64,000 nt of DNA from Eledone cirrhosa. Its lineage: Eukaryota. Positions 12,497 to 24,963 of this stretch are shown here, piece by piece. Under the pieces are notes generated by a model. The model had not been told where the DNA came from and ran no database searches. It saw only the letters and a program-made list of their open reading frames with translations. The number at the start of each line of letters is the position of its first letter. Position 1 is the stretch's first letter. The position numbers were made by a program, and so were the translations under genes. The stretch covers positions 6,014,001 to 6,078,000 of the forward strand of contig OZ024747.1 in assembly GCA_964016885.1 (NCBI GenBank), written 5' to 3'.

Positions 12497-15115
12497 CCCA
12501 CCCCACAACATATCACTTCACACCTCACCCCACCCCACCACACAACATATCACTTCACATCACCACCCCACCCCACCACACAACATATCACTTCACATCA
12601 CCTCACCCACCCCACCACACAACATATCACTTCACATCACCACCCCACCCCACCACACAACATATCACTTCACATCACCACCCCACCACACAACATATCA
12701 CTTCACATCACCTCACTCACCCCACCACACAACATATCACTTCACATCACCACCCCACCACACAACATATCACTTCACACCTCACCCCACCCCACCACAC
12801 AACATATCACTTCACATCACCACCCCACCCCACCACACAACATATCACTTCACATCACCACCCCACCCCACCACACAACATATCACTTCACATCACCACC
12901 CCACCCCACCACACAACATATCACTTCACATCACCACCCCACCCCACCACACAACATATCACTTCACATCACCACCCCACCCCACCACACAACATATCAC
13001 TTCACATCACCACCCCACCCCACCACACAACATATCACTTCACATCACCTCACCCACCCCACCACACAACATATCACTTCACACCTCACCCCACCCCACC
13101 ACACAACATATCACTTCACATCACCACCCCACCCCACCACACAACATATCACTTCACATCACCACCCCACCCCACCACACAACATATCACTTCACATCAC
13201 CACCCCACCACACAACATATCACTTCACATCACCACCCCACCCCACCACACAACATATCACTTCACATCACCTCACTCACCCCACCACACAACATATCAC
13301 TTCACATCACCACCCCACCACACAACATATCACTTCACATCACCACCCCACCCCACCACACAACATATCACTTCACATCACCTCACCCACCCCACCACAC
13401 AACATATCACTTCACACCTCACCCCACCCCACCACACAACATATCACTTCACATCACCACCCCACCCCACCACACAACATATCACTTCACATCACCACCC
13501 CACCCCACCACACAACATATCACTTCACATCACCACCCCACCACACAACATATCACTTCACATCACCACCCCACCCCACCACACAACATATCACTTCACA
13601 TCACCTCACTCACCCCACCACACAACATATCACTTCACATCACCACCCCACCACACAACATATCACTTCACATCACCACCCCACCCCACCACACAACATA
13701 TCACTTCACATCACCTCACCCACCCCACCACACAACATATCACTTCACATCACCACCCCACCCCACCACACAACATATCACTTCACATCACCACCCCACC
13801 CCACCACACAACATATCACTTCACATCACCACCCCACCACACAACATATCACTTCACATCACCACCCCACCCCACCACACAACATATCACTTCACATCAC
13901 CTCACCCACCCCACCACACAACATATCACTTCACACCTCACCCCACCCCACCACACAACATATCACTTCACATCACCACCCCACCCCACCACACAACATA
14001 TCACTTCACATCACCACCCCACCCCACCACATATCACTTCACATCACCACCCCACCCCACCACACAACATATCACTTCACATCACCACCCCACCCCACCA
14101 CACAACATATCACTTCACATCACCTCACTCACCCCACCACACAACATATCACTTCACATCACCACCCCACCCCACCACACAACATATCACTTCACATCAC
14201 CACCCCACCCCACCACACAACATATCACTTCACATCACCTCACTCACCCCACCACACAACATATCACTTCACATCACCACCCCACCACACAACATATCAC
14301 TTCACATCACCACCCCACCCCACCACACAACATATCACTTCACATCACCTCACCCACCCCACCACACAACATATCACTTCACATCACCACCCCACCCCAC
14401 CACACAACATATCACTTCACATCACCACCCCACCACACAACATATCACTTCACATCACCACCCCACCCCACCACACAACATATCACTTCACATCACCACC
14501 CCACCCCACCACACAACATATCACTTCACATCACCTCACCCACCCCACCACACAACATATCACTTCACATCACCACCCCACCCCACCTCACAACATATCA
14601 CTTCACACCTCACCCCATCCCACCCACCCCACAACACTTCACATCACCACCCCACCCCACCTCACAACATATCACTTCACACCCCACCCCACCCCACCCC
14701 ACTTCACATCACCACCCCACCCCACCACACAACATATCACTTCACACCCCACATCACCACACAACATATCACTTCACACCTCACCCCACCCCACCTCACA
14801 ACATATCACTTCACACCCCACCCCACCCCACCTCACAACATATCACTTCACACCTCACCTACCCCGCCCCACCCCACCCCACCCACCCCGCAACATATCA
14901 CCTCACCCCACCCCACCCCACCACACAACATATCACTTCACACCACACCCCACCCCACCACACAACATATCACCACCTCACCCCACCCCACCACACAACA
15001 TATCACCACCTCACCCCACCCCACCACACAACATATCACTTCACCACCCCACCCCACCACACAACACATCACCTCACATCACCACCCTACCACACCTCAC
15101 AAACAACATATCACA
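12497..15115. repeat. C/A-rich minisatellite with variable 34-39 bp unit
   Basis: Core CCACACAACATATCACTTCACATCACC plus a variable number of ACCCC; almost no G on the + strand. Confidence 0.97.
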
Positions 15116-15118
15116 TAT

Positions 15119-17657
15119 TTCATATTGCTCTACCTGAGGTCCTAACTTTACAGGTTGACCCTCACATTGATCTACCTGAGGTCCCACCTTTACAGGTTGA
15201 CCCTCATATTGCTCTACCTGAGGTCCCACCTTTACAGGATTACCCTCATATTGCTCTACCTGAGGTCCTAACTTTACAGGTTGACCCTCACATTGGTCTA
15301 CCTGAGGTCCTAACTTTACAGGTTGACCCTCATATTGCTCTACCTGAGGTCCTAACTTTACAGGTTGACCCTCACATTGGTCTACCTGAGGTCCTAACTT
15401 TACAGGTTGACCCTCACATTGCTCTACCTGTGGTCCTAACTTTACAAGTTGACCCTCATATTGCTCTACCTGAGGTCCTAACTTTACAGGTTGACCTTCA
15501 CATTGGTCTACTTGAGGTCCCACCTTTACAGGATTACCCTCATATTGCTCTACCTGAGGTCCTAACTTTACAGGTTGACCCTCACATTGCTCTACCTGTG
15601 GTCCTAACTTTACAAGTTGACCCTCATATTGCTCTACCTGAGGTCCTAACTTTACAGGTTGACCTTCACATTGATCTACCTGAGGTCCCACCTTTACAGG
15701 TTGACCCTCACATTGCTCTACCTGAGGTCCCACCTTTACAGGATTACCCTCATATTGCTCTACCTGAGGTCCTAACTTTACAGGTTGACCCTCACATTGG
15801 TCTACCTGAGGTCCCACCTTTACAGGTTGACCCTCACATTGCTCTACCTGAGGTCCCACCTTTACAGGATTACCCTCATATTGCTCTACCTGAGGTCCTA
15901 ACTTTACAGGTTGACCCTCACATTGGTCTACCTGAGGTCCCACCTTTACAGGTTGACCCTCACATTGCTCTACCTGAGGTCCCACCTTTACAGGATTACC
16001 CTCATATTGCTCTACCTGAGGTCCTAACTTTACAGGTTGACCCTCACATTGGTCTACCTGAGGTCCCACCTTTACAGGTTGACCCTCACATTGCTCTACC
16101 TGAGGTCCCACCTTTACAGGATTACCCTCATATTGCTCTACCTGAGGTCCTAACTTTACAGGTTGACCCTCACATTGCTCTACCTGAGGTCCTAACTTTA
16201 CAGGATTACCCTCATATTGCTCTACCTGAGGTCCTAACTTTACAGGTTGACCCTCACATTGCTCTACCTGTGGTCCTAACTTTACAAGTTGACCCTCATA
16301 TTGCTCTACCTGAGGTCCTAACTTTACAGGTTGACCTTCACATTGATCTACCTGAGGTCCCACCTTTACAGGTTGACCCTCATATTGTTCTACCTGAGGT
16401 CCCACCTTTACAGGATTACCCTCATATTGCTCTACCTGAGGTCCTAACTTTACAGGTTGACCCTCACATTGGTCTACCTGAGGTCCTAACTTTACAGGTT
16501 GACCCTCACATTGCTCTACCTGTGGTCCTAACTTTACAAGTTGACCCTCATATTGCTCTACCTGAGGTCCCACCTTTACAGGTTGACCCTCATATTGCTC
16601 TACCTGAGGTCCTAACTTTACAGGTTGACCCTCACATTGCTCTACCTGAGGTCCTAACTTTACAAGTTGACCCTCATATTGCTCTACCTGAGGTCCCACC
16701 TTTACAGGTTGACCCTCACATTGCTCTACCTGAGGTCCCACCTTTACAGGATTACCCTCATATTGCTCTACCTGAGGTCCTAACTTTACAGGTTGACCCT
16801 CACATTGCTCTACCTGTGGTCCTAACTTTACAAGTTGACCCTCATATTGCTCTACCTGAGGTCCTAACTTTACAGGTTGACCCTCACATTGGTCTACCTG
16901 AGGTCCTAACTTTACAGGTTGACCCTCACATTGCTCTACCTGAGGTCCTAACTTTACAGGTTGACCCTCATATTGCTCTACCTGAGGTCCTAACTTTACA
17001 GGTTGACCCTCACATTGCTCTACCTGAGGTCCTAACTTTACAGGTTGACCCTCACATTGCTCTACCTGAGGTCCTAACTTTACAGGTTGACCTTCACATT
17101 GCTCTACCTGTGGTCCTAACTTTACAAGTTGACCCTCACATTGGTCTACCTGAGGTCCTAACTTTACAGGTTGACCCTCATATTGCTCTACCTGAGGTCC
17201 TAACTTTACAGGTTGACCCTCACATTGCTCTACCTGTGGTCCTAACTTTACAAGTTGACCCTCACATTGGTCTACCTGAGGTCCTAACTTTACAGGTTGA
17301 CCCTCATATTGCTCTACCTGAGGTCCTAACTTTACAGGTTGACCTTCACATTGGTCTACCTGAGGTCCCACCTTTACAGGTTGACCCTCACATTGCTCTA
17401 CCTGAGGTCCTAACTTTACAGGTTGACCCTCACATTGCTCTACCTGAGGTCCTAACTTTACAGGTTGACCCTCACATTGCTCTACCTGAGGTCCTAACTT
17501 TACAGGTTGACCCTCACATTGCTCTACCTGAGGTCCTAACTTTACAGGTTGACCCTCATATTGCTCTTCCTGAGGTCCCACCTTTACAGGTTGGCCCTCA
17601 TATGGTGTACCTGAGAGCTTACCTTTACAGGCTAACCCCCCGATTGGTCTACCTGAG
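15119..17657. repeat. 42-bp tandem array, about 60 copies
   Basis: Unit CTCACATTGCTCTACCTGAGGTCCTAACTTTACAGGTTGACC; gives 14-aa repeats on both strands. Confidence 0.98.
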
Positions 17658-18421
17658 TTGTCACTACACAGGCTGTTGTATTTAACACATGATATCGTTC
17701 CGATTAAGATATTTGCTAGAAGTTGAAATTTCATTTTGTCGATTACACAGATGGCTTCCATTTCTGTTTTTATAATATTTTCAGCACAGCAAGAATCTTG
17801 TAGTTAAATCATCGATCAGTTTCTCTCTCTCTTTAGCTTCTATGAATAGAAAAGAGAATTGATAAGGTTACGTAACATGCTTTCCAGAATAATTAACTAA
17901 ACTTGGTTAAATACTGCATTTCGTTTATTACTCTCGGGTCTCCAATAATCGACCCCCTCCAAAGCTTATTCATTTTTATTTCACCCCCCACCACACCTAC
18001 CCGTCTAGTCCCCACCCCCCACACCCGCTTATTAAATTTCCGGCGAAATTTTATTTCAAGTGGTACCATTTCTGAGACAATATTTTTTTTTCTTTATACA
18101 TTAAAAAACATTATAATGACAAAAAATGTACATCATAAGAAATGCCACACATTACTAAATAAATAGGTTGGGTTAGGGTCTCAATATGTAAATTAAATCA
18201 CTGTATAGAATTGTTAATCAGATGAGATCTATCGGAGAACTCAATTTCCAATAACTTTGCGTCAGCACCCTGATAAATCAGCTGCTCTTCTCTATATGAG
18301 GCTAACTTATACTTTGTAACAGAAATAATTATCCCGCGTTGATCATACTATATCGTCATTGCTTGATCATTCTTCTCCCAATTACATTTAAATGTTGATT
18401 TGATAATTTCCTATATTCCAG

Positions 18422-18514
18422 GTCTCTTGAGAAGGATTTCCAAGCATAAGCTTTTCGGCCTCATTATTATTACGGTTGTCTTTGGTTTAGGATTTTATAT
18501 CTCGCTAAACACAC
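18422..18514 (+). CDS. Carbohydrate sulfotransferase, exon encoding cytoplasmic tail and signal-anchor TM
   Basis: ttccAG acceptor and GTAAGT donor, 93 bp, phase 1-1; encodes LLRRISKHKLFGLIIITVVFGLGFYISLNT (type II Golgi membrane anchor). Confidence 0.8.
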
Positions 18515-18686
18515 GTAAGTTATTTTGAAATCCACACCCTTATCATTTCCTTTTCTTTCTTTTCCTTCGTCATTTTCCTCACCTCTATCTCCTCTTCTAC
18601 TTCTTTTTTTCTGCATCTCTTCTTTTCATTAAACAATTGTTTCAAATATATCACATCACCACAGGTTTCACATAGACAACACCTGT

Positions 18687-19115
18687 CAGGGGCGGTGGAA
18701 CAAGAGGGGAGCAGGGGGTGGGCTATGCCAGGGCCTATGAGACGGAGGTCCAGTGGTACTTTGTTCCGGGAACCAAGAGCTAAGAAGACCCCACAGCAAC
18801 CATGCAACATCCATTTTGAAAAAAATCTTTGCCTGCTTCGGGCCCCAAAGGGGTCTTGTACCGCCTTGCAAAATTTCTTTTGAAGGCCCTGGCTATGCCC
18901 CCTCCCCCATCCCAATGATTATATTTTTCTCCACAAACTACCAAAACAGACATCTATTAGTATATACGCTACAATTTATGTACATGTTGTTTATCGCACA
19001 TCGAAGTTTTTTATATCTTGGTTGATATTTGATAATAGTTAAACTAATCGCTACAACTAAATTGACCAAATTTACCACACCCCCTCACAATTCAGAAATG
19101 CTTCCACCACCCCTG
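18687..19115. mobile_element. Non-autonomous DNA transposon (MITE)
   Basis: Terminal inverted repeats CAGGGGCGGTGGAA / TTCCACCACCCCTG; target-site duplication not clear. Confidence 0.55.
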
Positions 19116-19338
19116 CCTATAAACCACACAGATAAGGATTTCTAACTTTAACACAAGACCAACAATTTTAGGGACAGGGGAAGTCGATTCTATTGAACTC
19201 AGTACGTGACTGGTACTTTATTTAGACCATGGAAGGATGAAAGGCAAGGTGGAATTTAACGAGATTTAAACTCCGGGAGAAGAATATTGACACGAATACT
19301 TACTTCTAGGAAATAAAAGAGAGAGAGAGAGAGAGAGA

Positions 19339-19375
<37 letters not shown>

Positions 19376-19553
19376 GCTATAGAAAGTGTAGCATCGGTGG
19401 CGGTGCCCCTGCATGGCCTCAGCCCCTTGGCTGGAACGCAAATAAATAAATATAATAAATATATAAACTAGACAGTCGATTTCTTCCAAATGTTACTATA
19501 AAATTGAGGAATTTCACTGAAATCGTTAAATACATGCATCTCATTTGTTGTAG

Positions 19554-19721
19554 GTTTAGAAATTACAAGAAAGTATTTGCTTTCTAATTTAAATGGTTCA
19601 ATGTTTTGGTGGGATTTTGAATCGATAGAAGGAAAGACCAAAAATACGACATTGATGAAGTCAATACGAAAAATAATGACCCCACCAACAAATAAACGAT
19701 TGGAATCTAGAATGAAAACTG
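19554..19721 (+). CDS. Carbohydrate sulfotransferase, stem-region exon
   Basis: ttgtAG/GTAAGT, 168 bp, phase 1-1, open in the frame joining the flanking exons (RLEITRKYLLSNLNGSMFWWDF..RMKT). Confidence 0.75.
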
Positions 19722-21403
19722 GTAAGTTACCTTTTATGGCATCAGATACCTTTTAATTAAATATTGCGTGATTTTAAAAAAAATGTCATGTGTTTGCTGG
19801 TGATTTTTGTCAGAATTCTTTTGGACACGATGTCGTGTTTGATGGAGAGTTATGTCAGAATTCTTTTGGACATGATGTCGTGTACAAAGGAAATGGATCT
19901 CCATCGATTTCGAAGATGAGTGTTTCAGTTGTTCGAGCAACGGAACAGTCTGCTCATGAAATGGACGTGTTAGTGGCTGAGTATTCCACAGAACCGTGTA
20001 ACCTCAATTTAGTTCTCAGGGAGATTCGGCGTGACACCGTATGTGACGACTGCTCCTTTGTATTACTGTTACAGAGTATTCGACGGACTTCCAACCAGTT
20101 TTCGTCGACCCAATTTTACTGATAAGGCATAAGTCGATCCAAAGCTATGGTATCACGCGGGTCGAAACGGAGACCTAATGATTACGAAGCAAACCCTTTG
20201 ACCATTCAGCCATGATAAATCCATTAAATAGGAGTCTAACTCGCTTCAGTTGGAAAGGATCATAAAAATCAACTATAATAATAGTGAATGTGTGTATATT
20301 TATATACACATACAAATTACAGTTAAATGCTGTCAAGGACGCGATGGGCAAAAATGCCTCAGAGGACAGAGATACAATCCACAAGTTGGATTTCTGTTGC
20401 ACGATCCAACATTTTAAAATGGTACTCTCAATTAAATCGTGCGAAACGATTTTGCTGGTTTGATAGCTGATGAAGGTAAAGATGTGTGTGTGTGTAAACT
20501 TGTCTTGTACATCGCCTTTCTTTATATCCTTCTTCCAGTCACTTATGTGTGCCAGTGCGCTTCTCCTTGTCCTCCTTCTCTTTCAATCTTTTCTAGATTT
20601 CATCCACCTTGTGGATTGTTTCTCTGTTGGCCACCGATCACTTCTTCGTCATGCACTGAAAGGGAGATGACTAACAAAGGAAGCTAGTGGTGACAAACTA
20701 TAGAAAACAGTGACCAACGTTCTAAGATTCGGTACACTTCTCTATTCATGTGAAGCGAATTGGCTATAAAATTTTATGTATTATTCTCGCAGATTATGTC
20801 AATATAAACATTATTATTTTTACCCTTTTTAAGTAAAAATAACTTTATTAATATTTTTAAATGGAAAAGGAAGGGAAAGGCAAGGTTTTTTTGTGTTTTT
20901 TTTAAATTATTATTATTATTAATCTTTCAAATGGTGTGTCTTTAAAAATCTTTATTCTCTAGATAGGATTTAAAACAAGTTCAACTTTTGGCAATGTCAC
21001 TGAACTGGGTTACACGTAGTTGAAAATTAACGAAAACACTCATGGATGGTATAAAAAAAAAAGACTGGCACTCCGTCGGTTACGACGACGAATATTCCAA
21101 TTGATACAATCAACGGAACAGCCTGCTCGTGAAATTAACGTGCAAGTGGCTGAGCATTCCACAGACACTTGTATCCTTAAGTAGTTCTCAGGAAGATTCA
21201 GTGTGACATGGCTGGTCCTTCGAATTACAGGTACAACACATTTTCGGCAGCTGAGTGGAATAGAGCAACTTGAAATAAACTGTCATGCTGAAGGACATAA
21301 CGACCTTTCGATTGTGAGCCGAATACGTTAACCACAAAGTCGGCTGCTTCACAGTGAATGCCAGCTATATAACTTCCATGTTCCGTTCATTTCATTTCTA
21401 CAG

Positions 21404-21584
21404 ATGTAAAACCGAACAACATAACCAAAGTGATAGTACTAGCTTACATGCGAAGTGGGTCATCACTAACTGGTAAATTACTGGAACAAGCTCCGAATTC
21501 CATATATTACTTTGAACCTCTCCGTGCCCTTACCTTCGAAAGATTGAAAGGGAAACCTTTAATTGACATAGATAATAAAAACAG
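21404..21584 (+). CDS. Carbohydrate sulfotransferase (CHST1/3-like), 5'-PSB exon
   Basis: ctacAG/GTTTGT; VIVLAYMRSGSSLTGKLL..IYYFEPL is the PAPS 5'-phosphosulfate-binding loop of Gal/GlcNAc-6-O-sulfotransferases. Confidence 0.92.
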
Positions 21585-21668
21585 GTTTGTTCGGATACAA
21601 TATTCATTTTCATTTGATAAAAGGAATAAATAAATAACCAAGGTTTACAATATAATTTAATTGATTTC

Positions 21669-21860
21669 AGGGCGATGAATTGGCAGTATGCGTAGAGGGT
21701 TGGGCGCCATGCTTTCTAGCATAGTTATGTCCCTTTACGGTCTGAGTTCAAATCCTGTCGAGGTTAACTTTGCCTTTCATCCTTATGGGGTCGATAAAAT
21801 AAAGTACCAGTAATGCACTGGGATAATTGGTGGTCTTGTGCCAAAAGTAGAAACAATTAT
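21669..21860 (+). mobile_element. tRNA-derived SINE, family A, with target-site duplication
   Basis: TGGCAGTAT..GAGTTCAAATCC boxes, body CTTTGCCTTTCATCCTTAYGGGGTCGATAAAATAAAGTACCAG; flanked by ATTTAATTGATTT on both sides. Confidence 0.85.
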
Positions 21861-22222
21861 TTAATTGATTTACACGTTTCATTCAAATACAGAAGGAAGT
21901 AATATTTAATTCAACTGTAAAATCATTCAATCGTTAAAATCATTAGATGATATAAAAAAAGATTTTTTTTTTTACCAAACCTTGGTTATTCATTTATTCA
22001 TTTTATATATGCTGTCATTTTTGTAAAATTACTTTGACTGGAAATTTACAAATTAGATTTAACTCTAAACTATCTTTTGCTAATTTTGCTGTGGATAATA
22101 AAATCATATTAGAGGTTTGAATATCTGTCTGCCTTATATAGTTGTAGTATCACTTCATTTGATCTACCTTCTTTTTCCTATATTTTTACCCGTGTGGGAC
22201 ATATTAAAGAAACCTTACTTTC

Positions 22223-22282
<60 letters not shown>

Positions 22283-22347
22283 GTTATTCCGGGTTGAATC
22301 GGAGGTAACCACAGTAAGTAAGGTACTCAATACATTGCAGAGTATAA

Positions 22348-22474
22348 AAGTTTTAATATAGATGAGATTCTACAAGACTAGAACTGTTTCATTCTTTAGA
22401 AATCATCAGGAATCTGATGATTTCTAAAGAATGAAACAGTTCTAGTCCTGTAGAATCTCATCTATATTAAAACT

Positions 22475-22475
<1 letters not shown>
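22348..22475. repeat. Near-perfect palindrome with a hammerhead-like core on each strand
   Basis: Arms of about 60 bp around ..GTTTC-ATTCTTTAGAAA-TCATCAG-GAAT-CTGATGA-TTTCTAAAGAAT-GAAAC.. Confidence 0.9.
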
Positions 22476-22505
<30 letters not shown>

Positions 22506-22999
22506 ATATTAAATAAATGGAAACTAAATTTATAAAACCATATTTATTCTATTATATATATTTCAAGGGTACCAAAAGTTTTGGTACGCTATCATCAGAT
22601 AAAATAGGAAGTGTGTTTTATAAATTTTGACATAACCAAGGATAAAATACCTTAACGGTTCAAGTTATCCATGGATAGTAAAGGGAAGAGAAGAAAAGTC
22701 AGATATTTCAAATTATTAAGATGAGTATGCAAATGAGTTTTATGTAAAAGGGTTGAAAAAAAAAACGTTATTTTAGACGCTATGGAAAATTTAAATAATT
22801 ATAAGTTATTGTATGCGTAGGAAAGAAGAGAAAGGAAGAGGGGCTAGCATTTACGTTAATTTGGGGGAAAAGATTTATTTACCTATATTATGAGTTATAA
22901 TATTGTATATATAATCAATTAGAATTATATGAAGAATTATGGTTGTAAGTATTTTTATCTTATTACATTAGGATAGCTTATATGTATATATTATATATA

Positions 23000-23185
23000 T
23001 GTGGATTGGCAGTATCGGTAGAGGGTCGGACGCCATGCTTTCCAGCATAGTTACGTCCCTTTACGATCTGAGTTCAAATCCCGCCGAGGTTGACTTTGCC
23101 TTTCATCCTTACGGGGTTGATAAAATAAAAGTACCAGTAATGCACTGGGTAATTGCTGGCCTTGTGCCTAAAGTAGAAACAATTA
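23000..23185 (+). mobile_element. SINE family A copy
   Basis: Same sequence as 21669-21860. Confidence 0.85.
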
Positions 23186-23216
23186 TATATATAAATAAAT
23201 TGCGTATGTATTAGTT

Positions 23217-23263
<47 letters not shown>

Positions 23264-23502
23264 GGAAAACGAAGAATCAGTGATGCATCGGAACACAATT
23301 TATTACGTATTACAATTGTTTCTCCGGTGAACAGCTCGAGGTGCGATCTATTTGTGGATCGAACCTGACTCTGGATTCGCAAGTTCCTCAGATACATCTA
23401 GTGATTTCGAGGCAAATTCTCATTTTTAAAAATACGTTTGTTTCTGTCTGTATGTGTGAGTGTTATATATATAACCCCCCCCCCCCCGTGTAAGTGTGAG
23501 TG

Positions 23503-23535
<33 letters not shown>

Positions 23536-23711
23536 CCCCCCTCTCACTCTCAAGAGCGTGAAACTAATAAACCTTTGTTCGTACTGCCTCTCTGTTTTGT
23601 TCCCGTTCCATTTTTCACTATATATATATATATAACGAAGGAAGTGTGGTAAGGAACCAGGTGGACCATAACGCACCAAAGTACTCAATACTTGAGGTAG
23701 TAGAGTGGGTA

Positions 23712-23815
23712 ATAGGAACCAGTAAGACCCCGACAGCTGAGCTCAAGCCGTTTCGACAGCTAATTAGCCGTCGAAACGGCTTGAGCTCAGCTGTCGGGGT
23801 CTTACTGGTTCCTAT
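23712..23815. repeat. Near-perfect palindrome of about 104 bp
   Basis: ATAGGAACCAGTAAGACCCCGACAGCTGAGCTCAAGCCGTTTCGAC-AGCTAATTAGCC-GTCGAAACGGCTTGAGCTCAGCTGTCGGGGTCTTACTGGTTCCTAT. Confidence 0.95.
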
Positions 23816-24001
23816 ATATATATATATATATATATAGTGACGAAACATAAGTCAATTGCATGAACTCATAATCCTTTATTTACTGCTATATATATTTCGA
23901 TGATAGCCATTGAATGGCTATGACCTCATCAAGCAGTTAGTCAGTTCTTAGATATGCCAGCTCTGTGTTTTTGGTGTTGATGGTTTCAGAGCCTTGGGAC
24001 A

Positions 24002-24034
<33 letters not shown>

Positions 24035-24125
24035 GTAGGTCGTATGTGAATCGCGATGATCACGTCTGACCTACCAAATATGTGACGGTAGCTAGTTAAG
24101 CTCTATGCGTATACGCAGAGCAGAA

Positions 24126-24449
24126 ATATTAGTGAAAAAGAACAAAGGAACTATTATGACATTATAACAAGTTTATTGCCGACAGCCGTTTCGTCCGACC
24201 ATATGGTGCGACTTTTCAAGGCATATAAGATGTGATTGTAAGATCATTGTTTACATCAACGTATCACTCAAGGCTAGCAGTTTGAAATTATGGTATACAA
24301 ACTGCTAGCCTTGAGTGATACGTTGATGTAAATAATGATCTTACAATCACATCTTATATGCCTTGAAAAGTCGCACCATATGGTCGGACGAAACGGCTGT
24401 CGGCAATAAACTTGTTATAATGTCATAATAGTTCCTTTGTTCTTTTTCA

Positions 24450-24456
<7 letters not shown>
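24126..24456. repeat. Long inverted repeat, arms about 160 bp with a loop of about 13 nt
   Basis: Arms read as near-exact reverse complements; each holds TTGAAAA-GTCGCACCATATGGTCGGAC-GAAAC. Confidence 0.95.
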
Positions 24457-24481
<25 letters not shown>

Positions 24482-24578
24482 ACACTCACACATACATACA
24501 GAGACAAACGTATTTTTAGAAACGTTGAGCGGATATGAATGATAGTTTAACAAGTTGGGCATATCAGCTCCAAACGAC

Positions 24579-24625
<47 letters not shown>

Positions 24626-24646
24626 CGGGTAAAATTCCCGAGATCC

Positions 24647-24673
<27 letters not shown>

Positions 24674-24677
<4 letters not shown>

Positions 24678-24890
24678 AAAGGTAAACAACAGAAATAACA
24701 ACACAATCGGTACAGTATATGGAAGGAATATATTAGATTAACGCTTGAAATAGCAGGAAGAGGGTCTTAACGTTTCGGAAGCTCGTCCTTCATCAGAAGA
24801 AAGAATGAAAAATAAGATAGATAGAAGGGACGGGTGGGTTTTAATTGGAAAAAATATCTTTAGATAAAAATAGGAGGTCCATTCATGTTG
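24674..24890 (-). repeat. pLTR-like repeat copy with minimal hammerhead motif (24765-24800)
   Basis: Reverse complement of 415-582; core TCTT-CTGATGA-AGGACGAGCTTCC-GAAACGTT-AAGA. Confidence 0.75.
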
Positions 24891-24925
24891 ACACACACAT
24901 ATATATATATATATAGCGAGAGAGA

Positions 24926-24963
<38 letters not shown>

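Noticed and set aside
12482-15145. 887-aa His/Thr/Pro-rich ORF
   Set aside because: Stops are nearly impossible in this G-less, TAA-free repeat and unit lengths shift frame freely
15430-17685. 751-aa + strand ORF of the 42-bp array
   Set aside because: Starts at GTG inside the array with no unique domain; a by-product of the unit length
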